Shown in pieces: positions 14,581 to 27,639 of a stretch of 64,000 bases of DNA. The notes below the pieces were generated by a model. The model ran no database searches. It worked only from the letters and a program-made list of their open reading frames with translations, and was not told the DNA's origin. How positions within the stretch are numbered: the first letter of the stretch is position 1; each line of letters opens with the position of its first letter. The position numbers and the translations under genes were made by a program. Origin of the DNA: Azolla caroliniana (Eukaryota > Plantae > Polypodiophyta). The stretch covers positions 4,278,001-4,342,000 of the forward strand of contig JBHGNT010000004.1 of NCBI GenBank assembly GCA_043228905.1. The letters are read 5' to 3'.

Positions 14581-15148
14581 GGTGTGTGTGTATACATATA
14601 ATACTCATAAAATAAAGCTTTAGTTAGTCATCACCTCTAAAAAAGGAAGACATATCCTTGATTGGTGTTCATGAAAATGCTATGCAAGATGGTTAGAAGG
14701 AGAAGAACTAGGGTGCTACAACTTTCTAATTAAGGGAATGCAACATTGAAGGATATGAAGTCCATGTGATGTTTATTATTGGGGTGGGGGGGGGGGAGGT
14801 ATAACTGACTCCTTGCATGCATATAAATACACTGTATAGACCAAGGAGGTGTAGAAGAAGAGGACTTTTCTCATCATCATCATCATCATCATCATCTTCT
14901 TCCATATTATTTAGCCAAACCAAAGGTGGGGACCAAAGGGAACAAATTGGAGGTCCACGTGTGTGTGGGTGGCCTCTTTCTCTCTCTCTCTCCACTCCAC
15001 TGTGTGCTTTTTGAGGAGGGAAGATGGGAGGGAGGAGAATGTGCGTTTGTTCTCATTATCAAAACCATCTCCTTTCCTTTCCTTTCCTTTAATTAGGAAG
15101 CGCAAAAGAGGAGCTAATTTTGACGTTTGGGGGAGGAAGAAGGGGGGT

Positions 15149-15179
<31 letters not shown>

Positions 15180-15241
15180 TCTAAATTTGTGTGACCCCAT
15201 GTCTAAATATATGCAGAGTTAGTTTTTGGCCTCATTACTTC

Positions 15242-15304
<63 letters not shown>

Positions 15305-15342
15305 GTATATTTCTTTGCGTCATTATTGCTGCTGTTGTAAAA

Positions 15343-15380
<38 letters not shown>

Positions 15381-16420
15381 CTCAGAGTTTGAAAAATGTG
15401 GCGGTCAAACCATGACGTTTGCAGTCAACGGCGTGGGGGAGTGAATGAGAACGAACTCTACTCTCCTCTGCGTTTATATATATATATATATGTGTACATA
15501 TATGTTTGCTAATTTATTGTTGTAATTTTTGGTTATTTACTGTCGAATCTTAAATAATTAGTACGAGAAAATAACCATATCCTCCACACTCGTCCATCCC
15601 TTTTGCCTGCAATTTATATATACTTGTCAAATGTGAACGAATTTTTATTATGTTTGGTAACATATTATAAAAGATTGGATGGAAAGAGCTTCATTCATAA
15701 TCATATCCATCCTCTTCTGCTTCTAATAATGATCGGCAAAGCGAAAAGCAAAAGCAAAAGCAGTGCGATCGAACGAAATAAAACAGTAGAAGGGGATAAT
15801 AAACACCGGAGGAAAATGACGAGTTATTTTATTTTATTTTTTATTATTACACAAATTCGATTACGGAAGAATAACATGTGCTCGATATTCAAGGGAAATT
15901 ATCGGAGAAAACACAAAATAAAAAAATGAAATAAACAAAAAAATAAAAAAACATAAAAAAAAATACATACATACCGTAGGTGTTATATATGTATATTCTT
16001 ATATTTTATCCAAATAGGGAAATTATTATATATGCAATATTATATCGAAGGGAGCCATGGCAACGTTAATAATAATAATATTTGGAGTCCCTTATTTTGT
16101 GTGGCTGTTTATAATAATAATAATAATAATAATAATCACTATATATATATATATACGTATTAATAAAAGACCGGCACGCACTCTTCTTCTTTCGTGTGTA
16201 AAAAAAAACAAGCACTCTCTCTTAATCCCATTATATATTATCAATTATTATTATTATTAATAATTATTATTAACTATTATTCTCTACTCCCCACCCTCCC
16301 TTCCCTACTCTCAGCCAAATTATACACACACACACACATTATATGTATTATTGTATATATATGTTATATATATGGATTAATACTTGCAGCCGTCGCCTTC
16401 CCTTTTATGCTCCTCTCTCT
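14520..16420. repeat. Microsatellite-rich intergenic and upstream region of the MADS gene
   Basis: (TA)n, (TCA)n, (TCT)n, (CT)n(CA)n, (GA)n and (AAT)n tracts. Confidence 0.85.
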
Positions 16421-16720
16421 CTGTATGTAATTGGTTGATGATGCCGCCACACCCACTGCAAAATCAAGCCATACAGACCCTGTGATTTGAAAAAAGAAAA
16501 AGAAAACAGTGGAAGAACTTCATTTAATCATCTCTCTGATTATGACCAATCATCAGCATCTGACCATCAATTTATACACCCCAAATCTTACCTACATACA
16601 TACATAATCATAATCACAATCATAATCACCCTCACCTTAGGTGTGGAATCTGGATCTACCCTAATCTAATTGCTAGACTCTTATCAGCGATCATTCAGTC
16701 ATATTCGAAATTTTTCTGTG

Positions 16721-19700
16721 ATGGGGAGAGTGAAGCTGGAGATCAGGAAGATCGAGAACCCCACGAATCGACAGGTGACCTACTCCAAGCGTCGCAATGG
16801 GCTCATCAAGAAGGCGTACGAGCTGTCGGTACTGTGCGAGATTGATATCGCACTCCTCATGTTCTCGCCCTCCGGCCGCCTCAACCACTTTGCAGGCAAG
16901 AAGAGGTAGAAAGATGGAGTATCTTCCCTCCCATCCATCCATCCATCCATCCATCCATCCATCCATCCATCCATCATCAGTAGATCATCATTATCGTTAA
17001 TTCATCATTTGAGTCATTTTCGTTCCAATGTTTCTTGATAATCATTTATAGATATAGCATACATCTTACGATCCCATTCTTCTAACACTGATGATATGAT
17101 GATTGTAGAATTGAAGATGTGATAGCTCGGTTCGCTACCCTCTCTGATCATGAAAGATCTAAAAGGTATATGTTAAATTCATTCATACTTCTATCCATCC
17201 ATCCATCCATCCATATATGAACAATAAGATCTGATTAATCTGAGCCTCATGCGTCCATGATGAATCTCGTAACGCTAAATTTTTGGTACTTTGAATCGAA
17301 TGGATGCTTGTGATTATATGTTTTCTCCTTTCCTACTTACTAGCTGAAGAAATCCAATGATCAATGGCATTAAAATGTAAAATAAACTTGCAGCCAGTGC
17401 CTCAAGTGGTGTATCAGCGATGACCAACAAGGGCCGAATGCTCCAAGAAAGATCGAGAATCCTGAAGTAAGAAAAAAGTACAGATATATACGCACCGCAC
17501 ATATATGCTTTCAATGATCTGTGTTTTTTTTTTGTATACACAGCCGCCATTATGATTAAGAAGCTTAAATGTTATAATTATCCGCATGTAAGGGAACGAT
17601 TAATGGTCGGATGCTGTATTGATCCCTTGTAATTATGATTACCAGCTCCTGTTGAAAGCCGCCAAGAAACTGAAACAAGAGAGCTATATCACCACTACAA
17701 CGATTGGTGGCCAGTTTTCAAGGTAAGGAATTAGGGTTATGCTCATCCTAACCATCTTCATCGCTGATAATGATCTCTTATAATTATGTCATGGCCGAAG
17801 CTCATCATTCATCCTTTCTCTGAATCTTCTTCTGTCCATCCATCCATATATACTTATTCATCTTCTCATTTCGGACAAGATCAATCTCTCTTAACTAATC
17901 AATGTTTTGCTTGCCTCGTGTATGTACAGCAGCAGTTCGCGATCCGCCAGTCTTGAGGTAATCGATTATTTCTTCTGTACTAATCTTTACACTAATGCTA
18001 CTACTCGTAACTAATCTCTTCTGTTTAACGAACAACCTCAGACTGTACAATATGAGATCCAGAGGACGCAAGCTCAGTTGCATGAAATGGAGAACAGGCT
18101 GAGGTAGGTATAATGTATGTGCAGTTATTTACGTTAATTAACCAAGCTTCTGTCTGTCAAACCCTAAACCCTATATATAATGTTGCAGGATATATGAAGG
18201 GGATGTGAAGTGCGTGGATTCTGTACAACAGTTGGAGAACTTGGAGCAGCATCTCCACAATGCCTTAGAGACCTTACGGTTGCACAAGGTGATCAATCTT
18301 TAACGTTAAATCTGCAGTATAGGTGATCAATCTTGAACGTTTAATCTGTAGTGTAAGTGATCAATCTTTAACTTTTAACCTGTAGTATAAGTGATCAATC
18401 TTTAACGTTTAATCTGTGGTATTGGTTCGTCTCAAAAATCATGGCTGCCTGCCATTAAAAACTGGTTTGGTTCATCCATGCTTGCGTTTTCGTTCTCTAT
18501 GGAGGATTAGTATTACAAAGTAAATAAATAAATATAGGATTAGTATTACAAAATTCCTGATTAATTTATTTACTGTGTACATGTATATTACAGCAAGCCA
18601 TGGAGGGCAGTAGCTGCCAGGCTGCAGTACCGCGTCCATTCATGGATGCATCAGGCAGCTCAAGCCAGGTATAAGTTTGAGCTGATTGTTTTATATAAAT
18701 CGATCCATAACATTTGGCAGGGATTCTGTGATTATAATAGAATCGATTTGTTTTATAATTAAGATACTTGTTGGATGAAGTTAATCAATTAGCATGATTG
18801 ATTCATCATGGACTTTATACATATCGATCCTTAACATTTGGCAGGGATTCTGTGATTATCATAGAATCGCTTTGTTTTATAACTAAGATACTACATGTTG
18901 GATGAAGTTAATCAATTAGCAGGGATTAGTGATTATCATAGAATCGCTTTGTTTTATAATTAAGATACTTGTTGATTAAAGTTAATCAATTAGCATCATT
19001 CATCATGGACATTTAACTAAATATATGTACTGCAGCTAATGTATGGGATGCAGTTACAGCAACAAGAAGTTGCAGGTGGGGGCGGAGGCAACAGCATAAG
19101 CAGCAATTGTAGCAGCATGCTTCACAACGCTAATAATGCTTCTAATGCTAATAACAATACTACTAATTGCAGTAGTAATCCACAGCAGAATATCATCCAT
19201 CACTGGCTGAGCGCATACTCTCAAAATGCTGTGGCGGCTGCGGCCCATCATGCTAATGTAATGGCCACTCCAATCGCAGATCATCCACCCATGGGCACCA
19301 TCATCAATCCATCCATGAGGTGATGATTATATATGAAATTAATCTGAACTCCATGAAATAATATGAATCCATAGGGAAAGCATCACAATACATCATGAAT
19401 CAACATGAATCCATAGGAAAATCATGACATAGATTTAACATTCTGTGGGTGAATTGAAAGTGAAGAGACATAGAGATTTTATTTAACACCTTATCTTCGG
19501 CTATGGCTATGGTGTGTTAGGGAATCGCCTGGAGAGTGCTCATCTGCCACTTCTACACTGTATAACAGAGGTCTGTGCGGTACTACCACTCCTCCTCCTC
19601 CTACTGCTACTACTACCACTACTCCACCTGATCATCACCATCGCCATCACCATGCAGTCCTGCAAAACCCTAATTCTAATTCCTCCCCTCTCAGCGACCA

Positions 19701-20865
19701 AGCTGCAACTAACTCACAGACGCTTTCGCACAATCTCGCCTTCTCTGCAGCCAGATCGCAGTGGACGGCATCATCATCTGTGTCGCCCTACCATCCTCAT
19801 CATCTCCACCATTACAGTAATGAGAATAATGATACTATTGCCAATTATGCCACTGACAGTATTCAGGCGGCGGCCATGCAGGAGCAGGACTCCAAATCCA
19901 TGATCTGCAGCCTAAAGGACATGGATCCGATGAAACTGAGCTGCCAGAATTATAACAGCAGCTTGTATGAGAGGGAGGGCAGTACGGCAGGCAATAATCA
20001 GGAGGGGAATCTTCGGGATGGGCAGGGAATCCAGGGCATGATGGGCAGCCAAGCAGAGATGCATCATATGGACATGACAGATCATCAGTATCAGCAGTGG
20101 GGGGCCAATCCATTGTCTCTTAGCCAGGTATATTAGCATTCAACATACAGACATATAGAAATCAATCGAGAGAGAGAGAGATACATATGTATAAGATCCA
20201 TAGACAGCATTTAGATCTGTACTGATCGAAAATCATTTCTGTTTTTTTTCTTTTGCGTTAAAAATCTGATAAAAATCCAGGCACAGGCTGTGATGGGGAT
20301 GATGCTGGCTCGTACTCGGCAGCAAGCACCGCAGGAGGAGGAGGATCAGCAGCCGGAATTAATTAACATCATGAGCTTTAATCATCAAATGAACCCTAAT
20401 CATAACAGTCATGACCATCAGCTGTTGATGAACCATCCTCATCTTTACCCTAACCCTAATCATCAGATTGGCATGCAACATATCCTCCATCATCATCATA
20501 ATCAGAATCATCATCATCAGCAGGAATCTGCGCGGACGGAGGCCTCTGTACTGTCCACATGCACCATGCATGAGCTTCCAGCGGGCGACATAATGAATCA
20601 GATGAGCCATCATCAGCACCTTATTCCTCGCCATGCTCATGATGGTAACGGTGACGACAATGAAGACGATGGGGATGATGATGATGATGATGATGATGAT
20701 GACAATCATGAGGATGATGATGATGATGATGATATGAATATAATCCCTCGTGATGATCCCCATCAGCATGCAGAGCATCGCGAAGACATCCACGGCCATG
20801 ATTTATCGCTCGGCTCCAATCACCTGATGAATGGGTCATCTTCTGCACCAATTCGGTACAGTTAA
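16721..20865 (+). CDS. MIKC*-type MADS-box transcription factor, S-clade-like (AGL66/67/104 type), about 710 aa
   Basis: Manually spliced exons: 16721-16905, 17109-17165, 17394-17466, 17646-17722, 17930-17957, 18042-18103, 18189-18288, 18594-18668, 19036-19319, 19521-20127 and 20281-20865. All are GT-AG with consistent phases (2133 nt). MADS domain [39 protein letters not shown]...FAGKKRIEDV, multi-exon I region, and a 100-nt K-box exon ([21 protein letters not shown]). Confidence 0.9.
18289..18420. repeat. 34-bp tandem repeat x4 starting at a MADS splice donor
   Basis: GTGATCAATCTTTAACGTTAAATCTGCAGTATAG-like units. Confidence 0.85.
18690..19012. repeat. Intronic ~120-bp degenerate tandem duplication
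   Basis: ATCGATCC...GTGATTAT(A/C)ATAGAATCG...AATCAATTAGC repeated about 2.5 times. Confidence 0.75.
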
Positions 20866-22181
20866 TCAATGGCTCAAAACAAAACCTACGCCAAGTAATT
20901 CGCCTCTGCAGTAGATGCTGTAAAACGTGTCATTAGTTCAGGATGATCATCGTCGTTTTTCCTTTCAATAATCATCATTTGATTGATGGAAAGATGGAGA
21001 TTAGGGCAGACTATATTTTTTTATTATTCGAGTTGATCCTTATTAATAATAAGCTAGGAATTGATTGTCAATGATGATTAACTAGCTGAGGCATCAGAAT
21101 TTTTTCACATCTCTAGCAACCACGAATCAAAGAAGCAAATAAATTCCCAAAACATTCTGCGAGCCCTTGCATTGCAACTTGTATCTATGAATTCATTGTG
21201 TGGTTCTATAGTCTATATGTATCTTAACATTATTTGCTAGATGAAATAATAAATCAAACCATTTCCCTGTCGCCATTTCAATCACAAATTAAAGAGGAAA
21301 GAAAATCATTTTTTGTAACAATAACAATATCTTTGATCTCAAGTACTAAGGAAAGCGTATTGTAGTAGATGTTATGCCAATTGTACCAAAGGATAGTAAT
21401 GGCTGCATAAAGGGCTTTTACATAATGGAGATCATTTTTATATGGTCCTTAATAACATTTTAAGACTTACTAAACTTGTCGATAACATTTTGATGGAGTC
21501 GCACCAACATGAACCTCTTGGTTCATTTACATTAAGGGCGTTAACAAAATTAAACAGGAGCATAGAAATTTGTGAATTCATTCATGTATAATTGCTATGT
21601 AGTTGTAATTTAAAACGTACGACAACCGCCAATTGAAGATTTGTGAAGGTGAACTATCATGCAAAATTACAAACAATAATGAGTGGCCAGTTTAGAGGCC
21701 ATAGTAAGGTGCCTTCTACCTATATATGGAGTGAATGTACCTTCCACATGATACCAGAAATGGGGCTTACTAGAGTTAAAAAGAAGAAAGAAGATTGAAC
21801 ATAATCATTAAAATTTGTTCGTTCAAATTGACAACTTGCCTATAATTATATCAGCGAAACATTATCTTATCATAAATATAATTAGCCATACTAGCACAAA
21901 AACGGCTCCAATGGAAATCTTGTATTACTATCGAATAAGTGATAATACAAAAATTTGGAGTGTGAGCTCAACCAAAAGCTACAAAACTTAAAATGTAATA
22001 TGCTTAATATGTCGTAGAAGAAGTTTGTGGTAGTATCTTATCCCCCTCATTGATCAATGTTATTGTTATTATAATCATTCATGGTGATCATCACCCCTTC
22101 TCCACCTCATTGTCAGAATCTGTCATTCTTGATGAGCATGACCATGATGGCTAGTAATTGGGGAACCATGGCTATCAATCG

Positions 22182-22676
22182 CTAATCATGGTGCTCATGA
22201 CCACCATGACCATGGCCATGGCCATGAGCATGGTTGTCCTCTTCTTGGGGTGGGACACGGACAACCACGGGCGAGGATTTATGCTCCGGAACTCGGACGT
22301 GGACGGGGGAGGATGGGGTCAGTCCGGGGACGCGGATTGTGAGAGGGGTCGACGGGGTAATGTCCGCGCCGGGGACATCGATGTAAACTCCCGGGATGCG
22401 CACATGAACAGGAGGAGGAGGGCCATGGCCATGGCCATGCTTATCATCTCCACCGCTACCGTCCACAGAAACTCCCTGCTCATCATGTTCATGTTCATGG
22501 GCATGGCCATGGCTACCGCTTTCCGTTAGGACCCGACCTCGAAGATGGAGCTGGGCTGCATGAGGAACTCCATGAATGGTTTGAGGAAGTGTCATGGCGG
22601 TAGCGAGTAAGCATAGTAGGGCGGAGGAGAAGACGAAGGCGAGGTCCATCCTGAACCTCATCATCATCATCATCAT
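22182..22676 (-). CDS. Putative secreted His/Pro-rich protein, copy 1 (164 aa)
   Basis: Intronless ORF. Hydrophobic signal peptide (LAFVFSSALLCLLATA), RGRVL motif, His-Gly/His-Glu tracts, and five V-x-(V/I)-x-(V/I)-P repeats. Conserved in a second copy. Confidence 0.75.
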   Translation of the reverse strand: MMMMMMRFRMDLAFVFSSALLCLLATAMTLPQTIHGVPHAAQLHLRGRVLTESGSHGHAHEHEHDEQGVSVDGSGGDDKHGHGHGPPPPVHVRIPGVYIDVPGADITPSTPLTIRVPGLTPSSPVHVRVPEHKSSPVVVRVPPQEEDNHAHGHGHGHGGHEHHD

Positions 22677-22685
22677 AACTGACGA

Positions 22686-22865
22686 TCATAACTGGCCATG
22701 GCTACCGCTTTCCGTTAGGACCCGACCTCGAAGATGGAGCTGGGCTGCATGAGGAACTCCATGAATGGTTTGAGGAAGTGTCATGGCGGTAGCGAGTAAG
22801 CATAGTAGGGCGGAGGAGAAGACGAAGGCGAGGTCCATCCTGAACCTCATCATCATCATCATCAT
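22686..22865 (-). other. 59-aa upstream ORF created by tandem duplication of the gene's own 5' end
   Basis: 22504-22686 is repeated at 22693-22875 (period 189). Filler sequence makes ...GSHGQL-TGA 9 nt before the main ATG. Confidence 0.85.
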
Positions 22866-24230
22866 AACTGACGATGCTACACTCGCACTTGCAGGAAGCA
22901 GCTGCTAAGGAAGGGGGTATGTATAGGAGAATCAGGAAGAGAACTGTGGTGAATATAGTGTGTGTGTGTGTGTTGGTCCGTATAAGTTGGGGCGAAGGGC
23001 AAATGGGGAGGACGCATGCATATAATATGATAGGAAGAAGGCCAAAGCCCATGTCCATCTCTTCTTTTGTCCACCCTTTTTGGTCCTATTCAGGGGCATA
23101 TCATACCATACCACGTGCTGCCACGATTTTTAGCCAACAACATGCCTTCAACTGACCTACAAAACCTAGTGTATGTATATGTATGAGTGTGTGTCTTGAA
23201 TGGGGCGACCCACCACATAATACTCATGCATTCATGGCACGATTCAACAATGACGGGTGCTTTATCGAAAGAGGAGATCAAGTCGTAGCTCACGGCCGCC
23301 GTGAAGGCCGTATGTTTGTCCTCGAATCGAACGAGGTAAAATCGGCCATGTTTGCAAATGGCCTCAAACTTGAAACCGACCTAAACTTATGGCACAAGAG
23401 AATTGGTCACATCAATCTCCGGAAGCTTCAGAACATGCAATCGAAAGGAGTTGTAATCGGACTCCCGAACTTTACCACGAAGGAGATTACGGGTGTATGC
23501 GAAGCGTGCCCGTTCGGAAAGCAATGCTAACATCCATTCCCGAAAGAGCGGAATGTGAGCAAAGGGATCCTGGATGTCGTACATTCAGATGTATGGGGAC
23601 CGGCCTAGATAAGCACAGTCGGCGGATGCCGATATTACGTCATGTTCATTGACGACTTCTCTAGGCACACCTGGATCTACCCAATGAGACAAAAGGCGAA
23701 GTGTTCAGACACTTCTCGAGGTTCAAGGCCAAAGTCGAAAAAACTACGGGTGGGCATGTACGCTGCCTTTGATCGGATGGAGGCAAAGAATACTTTTCAG
23801 ACGAGTTTACGACGTATCTCCGAAAGGAAGGAATCCGAAGAGAATTCTCATGCCATTACACACCTTAACAGAATGGCGTAGCTGAGCGTAAAATCCGGCA
23901 CATAATAGAAGTCATACGGGCTATGATGAATGAGAAGAATCTGCCGAAATCGTACTGGGCAAAAGCGGCGAACACGGCCGTATACCTCATGAATAGGTGC
24001 ACAACCTCGGGAATACATGACGTAACTCATGAGAAGTTCTTTGGAAAGAGGCCGGACTTATCACATGTCCGCATTTTCCACACTATTGCCTATGTACATA
24101 ATCCTAACGATACACGACAAAAGCTCGACCTGAAGTCAGAGAAATGTATCCTCGTAGGATACTCACTCAAATAGAAGGGGTACAAATGCTACAACCCATC
24201 TACCCGAAAAGCTCGAACAAGTTGAGACGT

Positions 24231-24933
24231 TGTCGTGCCTTTCGGCTCCGGATCGTTGCGTGAGTCGGTTGGGAACCGCCGAGGTTTTTGACTAAGAGGA
24301 AGAGGAATACAACTTAAGGCTAGTTATGAAAAGTAGAAAGAGAAGTAAGATAGCAATCTCGTGAATCCCACGAGTTTAGTGTATTTAAAACAATATTTAG
24401 ATTATAAGAGTAATTTTGATGGCAAAATTCGTGAATCCCACGAATATATAGATTGATCAATCCTTATATATTAATCAATAACCTTATACATATTTCTCTC
24501 CTCCTTATATAAAGATGGAAGAGGCTAAGCATGGCTTCATGCTTTTTCACCAAAAGTGTCCATGCACACTAAATGTGCATGTGATGCTTTGTCATTTCCT
24601 AAATATAGGGCTCATGCTCGCTAGATGTGCATGAGTCACTTTTAATGTCACGTGTAAATAAAATATTCACACTCTAAAGAATACATCATTTTTACCTTTT
24701 AATAAAGGTATGTGTAAATAAAGGTCTTATACATATTAAATCTATATGTATAACACTAAAGATAAGTTATTACAATGGTAAAGTTGGGGTTTATCTACGT
24801 GGAGTTGTAGGGTTTGAATCTTGCCCTATGCACGTGATAAATGTTTTGATATATTATTTATTTATTTATATGTATCTAAAATCGGATATATTATTTTATG
24901 GTTTTCACGTAGTGTGTGGAATACACTACGATA
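24231..24933. mobile_element. Solo-LTR-like insertion (703 bp) with ACGT target-site duplication
   Basis: Starts TGTCGTG, ends CTACGATA, with ACGT at 24227-24230 and 24934-24937. Removing it restores the Copia frame DV|VFDE. Confidence 0.85.
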
Positions 24934-27639
24934 ACGTAGTCTTCGATGAGTCCGCATCTTGATATGCATAAGAAACAACTTCGACTCTCAGTCCGCTCGA
25001 CCCGGAATCCGCCGAAATGGAGATAGAAGACAATGATCGGCTCACACGCATGTTCGAAGAAGCCCGATTACGACATGGCTTAGTGGACCACGGGAGCGCT
25101 CGAGTGACCAAAGCACATTTCGACCGAGTCTGAAACTCGACAAAGGGAAGGCCAAGACGTCCGAATACGAAGATCCAATCGACAACACGTTGACTCACTC
25201 CCTTGACAGTGAGTTCGAAGGCCTGGACATCCCAATCATCCCAATAGATGGAGCGAAGAAAGCCTTAGTATCCGCAAACGAGAAACTCCGCCGATCGACC
25301 CGTGAAAAGAACCCCGTAAGCTGTTTCGGCTACAACGATTATATGGTGTACCATTACACCTTCATGATGAAGGTAGCGTTAGTACGGGAGTCGGGGACGC
25401 TTTTTGAAGCCATAAAGGATCCGCGATGGGTCGATGCGATGAATGAGGAAATGGAAGCGTTAAATGCAAAAAGGAGACTTGGGATCTCGTCCCTCACACG
25501 CCGCACAAGAAAGCGATTGGTTGTCGATGGATTTACAAAGTGAAACACAATGCTGACGGCTCTGTAAATCTCTTTAAAGCACGGCTCGTTGCGAAAGGAT
25601 ACGCGCAAACGCACAACGTAGACTAAGAAGAGACCTTTGCCCCGGTGGCAAAGATGAAAACTGTGCGGACCGTAATTGCAATAGCAAAAGCAAAAGGGTG
25701 GCACCTCCACCAAATGGACGTCAAGAACGCTTTTCTTCAAGGAGAATTGTGCATGATCCAACCACCCGATTTTGAATAGTGCAATCATCCAAACGCCGTG
25801 TGCCACCTCAAGAAGCCACTATATGGCCTCAAACAAGCACCACATGCGTGGCACTCAAAGATCACACAATATCTTCATCAGATCAGATTTTGAATGTCAA
25901 AATCCGATACTTCTTTGTACATCCGAAATGAGTCGGATAGCCCGATTATCATCATACTTTACATGGATGATTTGGTCATCGGAGGAAAGGATCTCGCCGA
26001 GATTAACAAAGTCAAATCACTTCTCTTCGGTAGATTCGAAATGAAAGACCTGCACGAGCTCCATTACTTCCTAGGCATTGAAGTAATTCAGACACCTATC
26101 GAAATAATGATCTCCCAACGGCATTATGTTCTCAACTTGCCCTACAAGTTCGGAATGACTGAATGCAAACATGTGTCCACCCCTCTCGATCGTAATCTCA
26201 AGATGGATGCCGATTCCGGCACAACGGAGTGTGAGTCAATTCACTATCGTCAACTAATCGGCAACTTAATCTATCTCACCATTACGCAACCCGACCTCAG
26301 TTATTCGGTCGGCCTATTTAACCAATTCATGCAGAATCGGCCAAACCTTCATCTCGATTGCGCTAAGAGGATACTCCGGTATGTCAGTACTACGTTGGAT
26401 TACAACATTATGTATAAGTCAAATACGACCATTCGACTCGAAGGATACAAAGACGCGGACTGGGCAGGCTACAAAATGGATAGACGATCCACATCTGGAT
26501 TCGTCTTCTCCCTCGGCAACGGAGCGATCTCCTGGAGTAGTAACAAGCAGTCGATAATCGCACTATCGAGCACAGAAGCCGAATACAGAGGCGCGGCGGT
26601 CGCCGCATGTGAAGCCATATGGCTCAAGTGCATACTGAAGGATTTGGGCGTTCCCATTACGGATCCAATTTGCCTATATTGTGACAACATGAGCAACATC
26701 TACTTGGCGTGATACCCCGTATTTCATGCGCGTACTAAGCATATCGAAGTGCACTACCACTTCATTCGTGAGCACGTTGTCAAGTTATTACGCAAGTGCG
26801 TGTGGAAACGAGGCGGGACCGCGGGGGTCTCGAACCAAAGAGCAAGCGAGGGAGGAGAAAGAGAGAGAACCGGCTACGCAGGACCGGGGACACACCGGGA
26901 CACGGCCCTTCGGCACGGAGAACGCGAACGAACACGGACACAGACAGATGCGAATGACTAAATATGTATATTGACAAAAACGGCTAACACGACTACAACC
27001 CTCGATGGGGCACAAGTTGGTTACACCCGAACAGGCCGGCGAACAGATGCCGATGCCTGTTCGCTTCGACGCACAAAGGGCAGCAGGTCGGAGGTGCTGC
27101 CGGAAGCACTCGGGCTTTCCTCGAAACAGCGCGAGCCTCCTCGGAACCCTGCACAGAAAGCTATGGAGCTCAAGAAGGAAGGAAACAGAGAGAGAAGCGT
27201 CCAGAAACAGTCCGACAGCACTTCCTCCTCCCTGCGCGAGATGCCTGCAATAGCTCTTTCCTGCTCCTTATATAGGCCGACGAGCAGGCCGTCACGTCAG
27301 CTTTATTCCCTGTCCCTTTTGGACAGGGATTCGCTTCGTCCTTCACGCATCCGCGTAGTTACGCCGCCGACTCGTACGGTTCCTTCGCTCGCGCGCGCGA
27401 CCGAAAAGACTGTTCGCGCGGTCTTTGTCTCCACTTGTGTTAGGGCCCGTTCCCGCCGATTATCCTCCTAATTCGCTTCTATGTACAACTCGGAGCGTGC
27501 GCGCGTGAAGAACCGGTTCCCACGCCTTGGTGCACCGATTCCGCCTAGGGACGGTTTTCTTCACGACATCCGCCCCCACCTAACCGTGCATCCTCCGGTA
27601 TGCACCAAGAGAGTTGGGACGGAGAAAACCGGCCCGTCT

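Larger units (their letters stand above)
21560..23230. repeat. Segmental duplication, copy 1 (paralogous to 38205-39698)
   Basis: Near-identical 3' flank, CDS and promoter of the His-rich gene in both copies. Confidence 0.95.

Noticed and set aside
15240-15380. (CT)n...(AG)n inverted repeat as a miRNA-like hairpin
   Set aside because: Pairing comes only from simple repeats, which are abundant here.
16010-16019. CArG-like CCAAATAGGG upstream of the MADS gene, and W-box-like motifs near 15403-15428
   Set aside because: Imperfect or short motifs expected by chance, with no comparative support.
14108-16669. Short ORFs between ADK and the MADS gene
   Set aside because: They are translations of microsatellites and AT-rich sequence with no coding signature.
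22158-22529. Met-rich plus-strand ORF opposite the His-rich gene (also 20359-20799 and 38832-39185)
   Set aside because: Antisense reading of CAT/GAT repeats. The opposite strand has the signal peptide or splice support.
26971-27471. 166-aa plus-strand ORF present twice (also 33492-33992)
   Set aside because: The duplication is just the LTR pair. It has a non-ATG start, GC-rich sequence and no recognisable domain.
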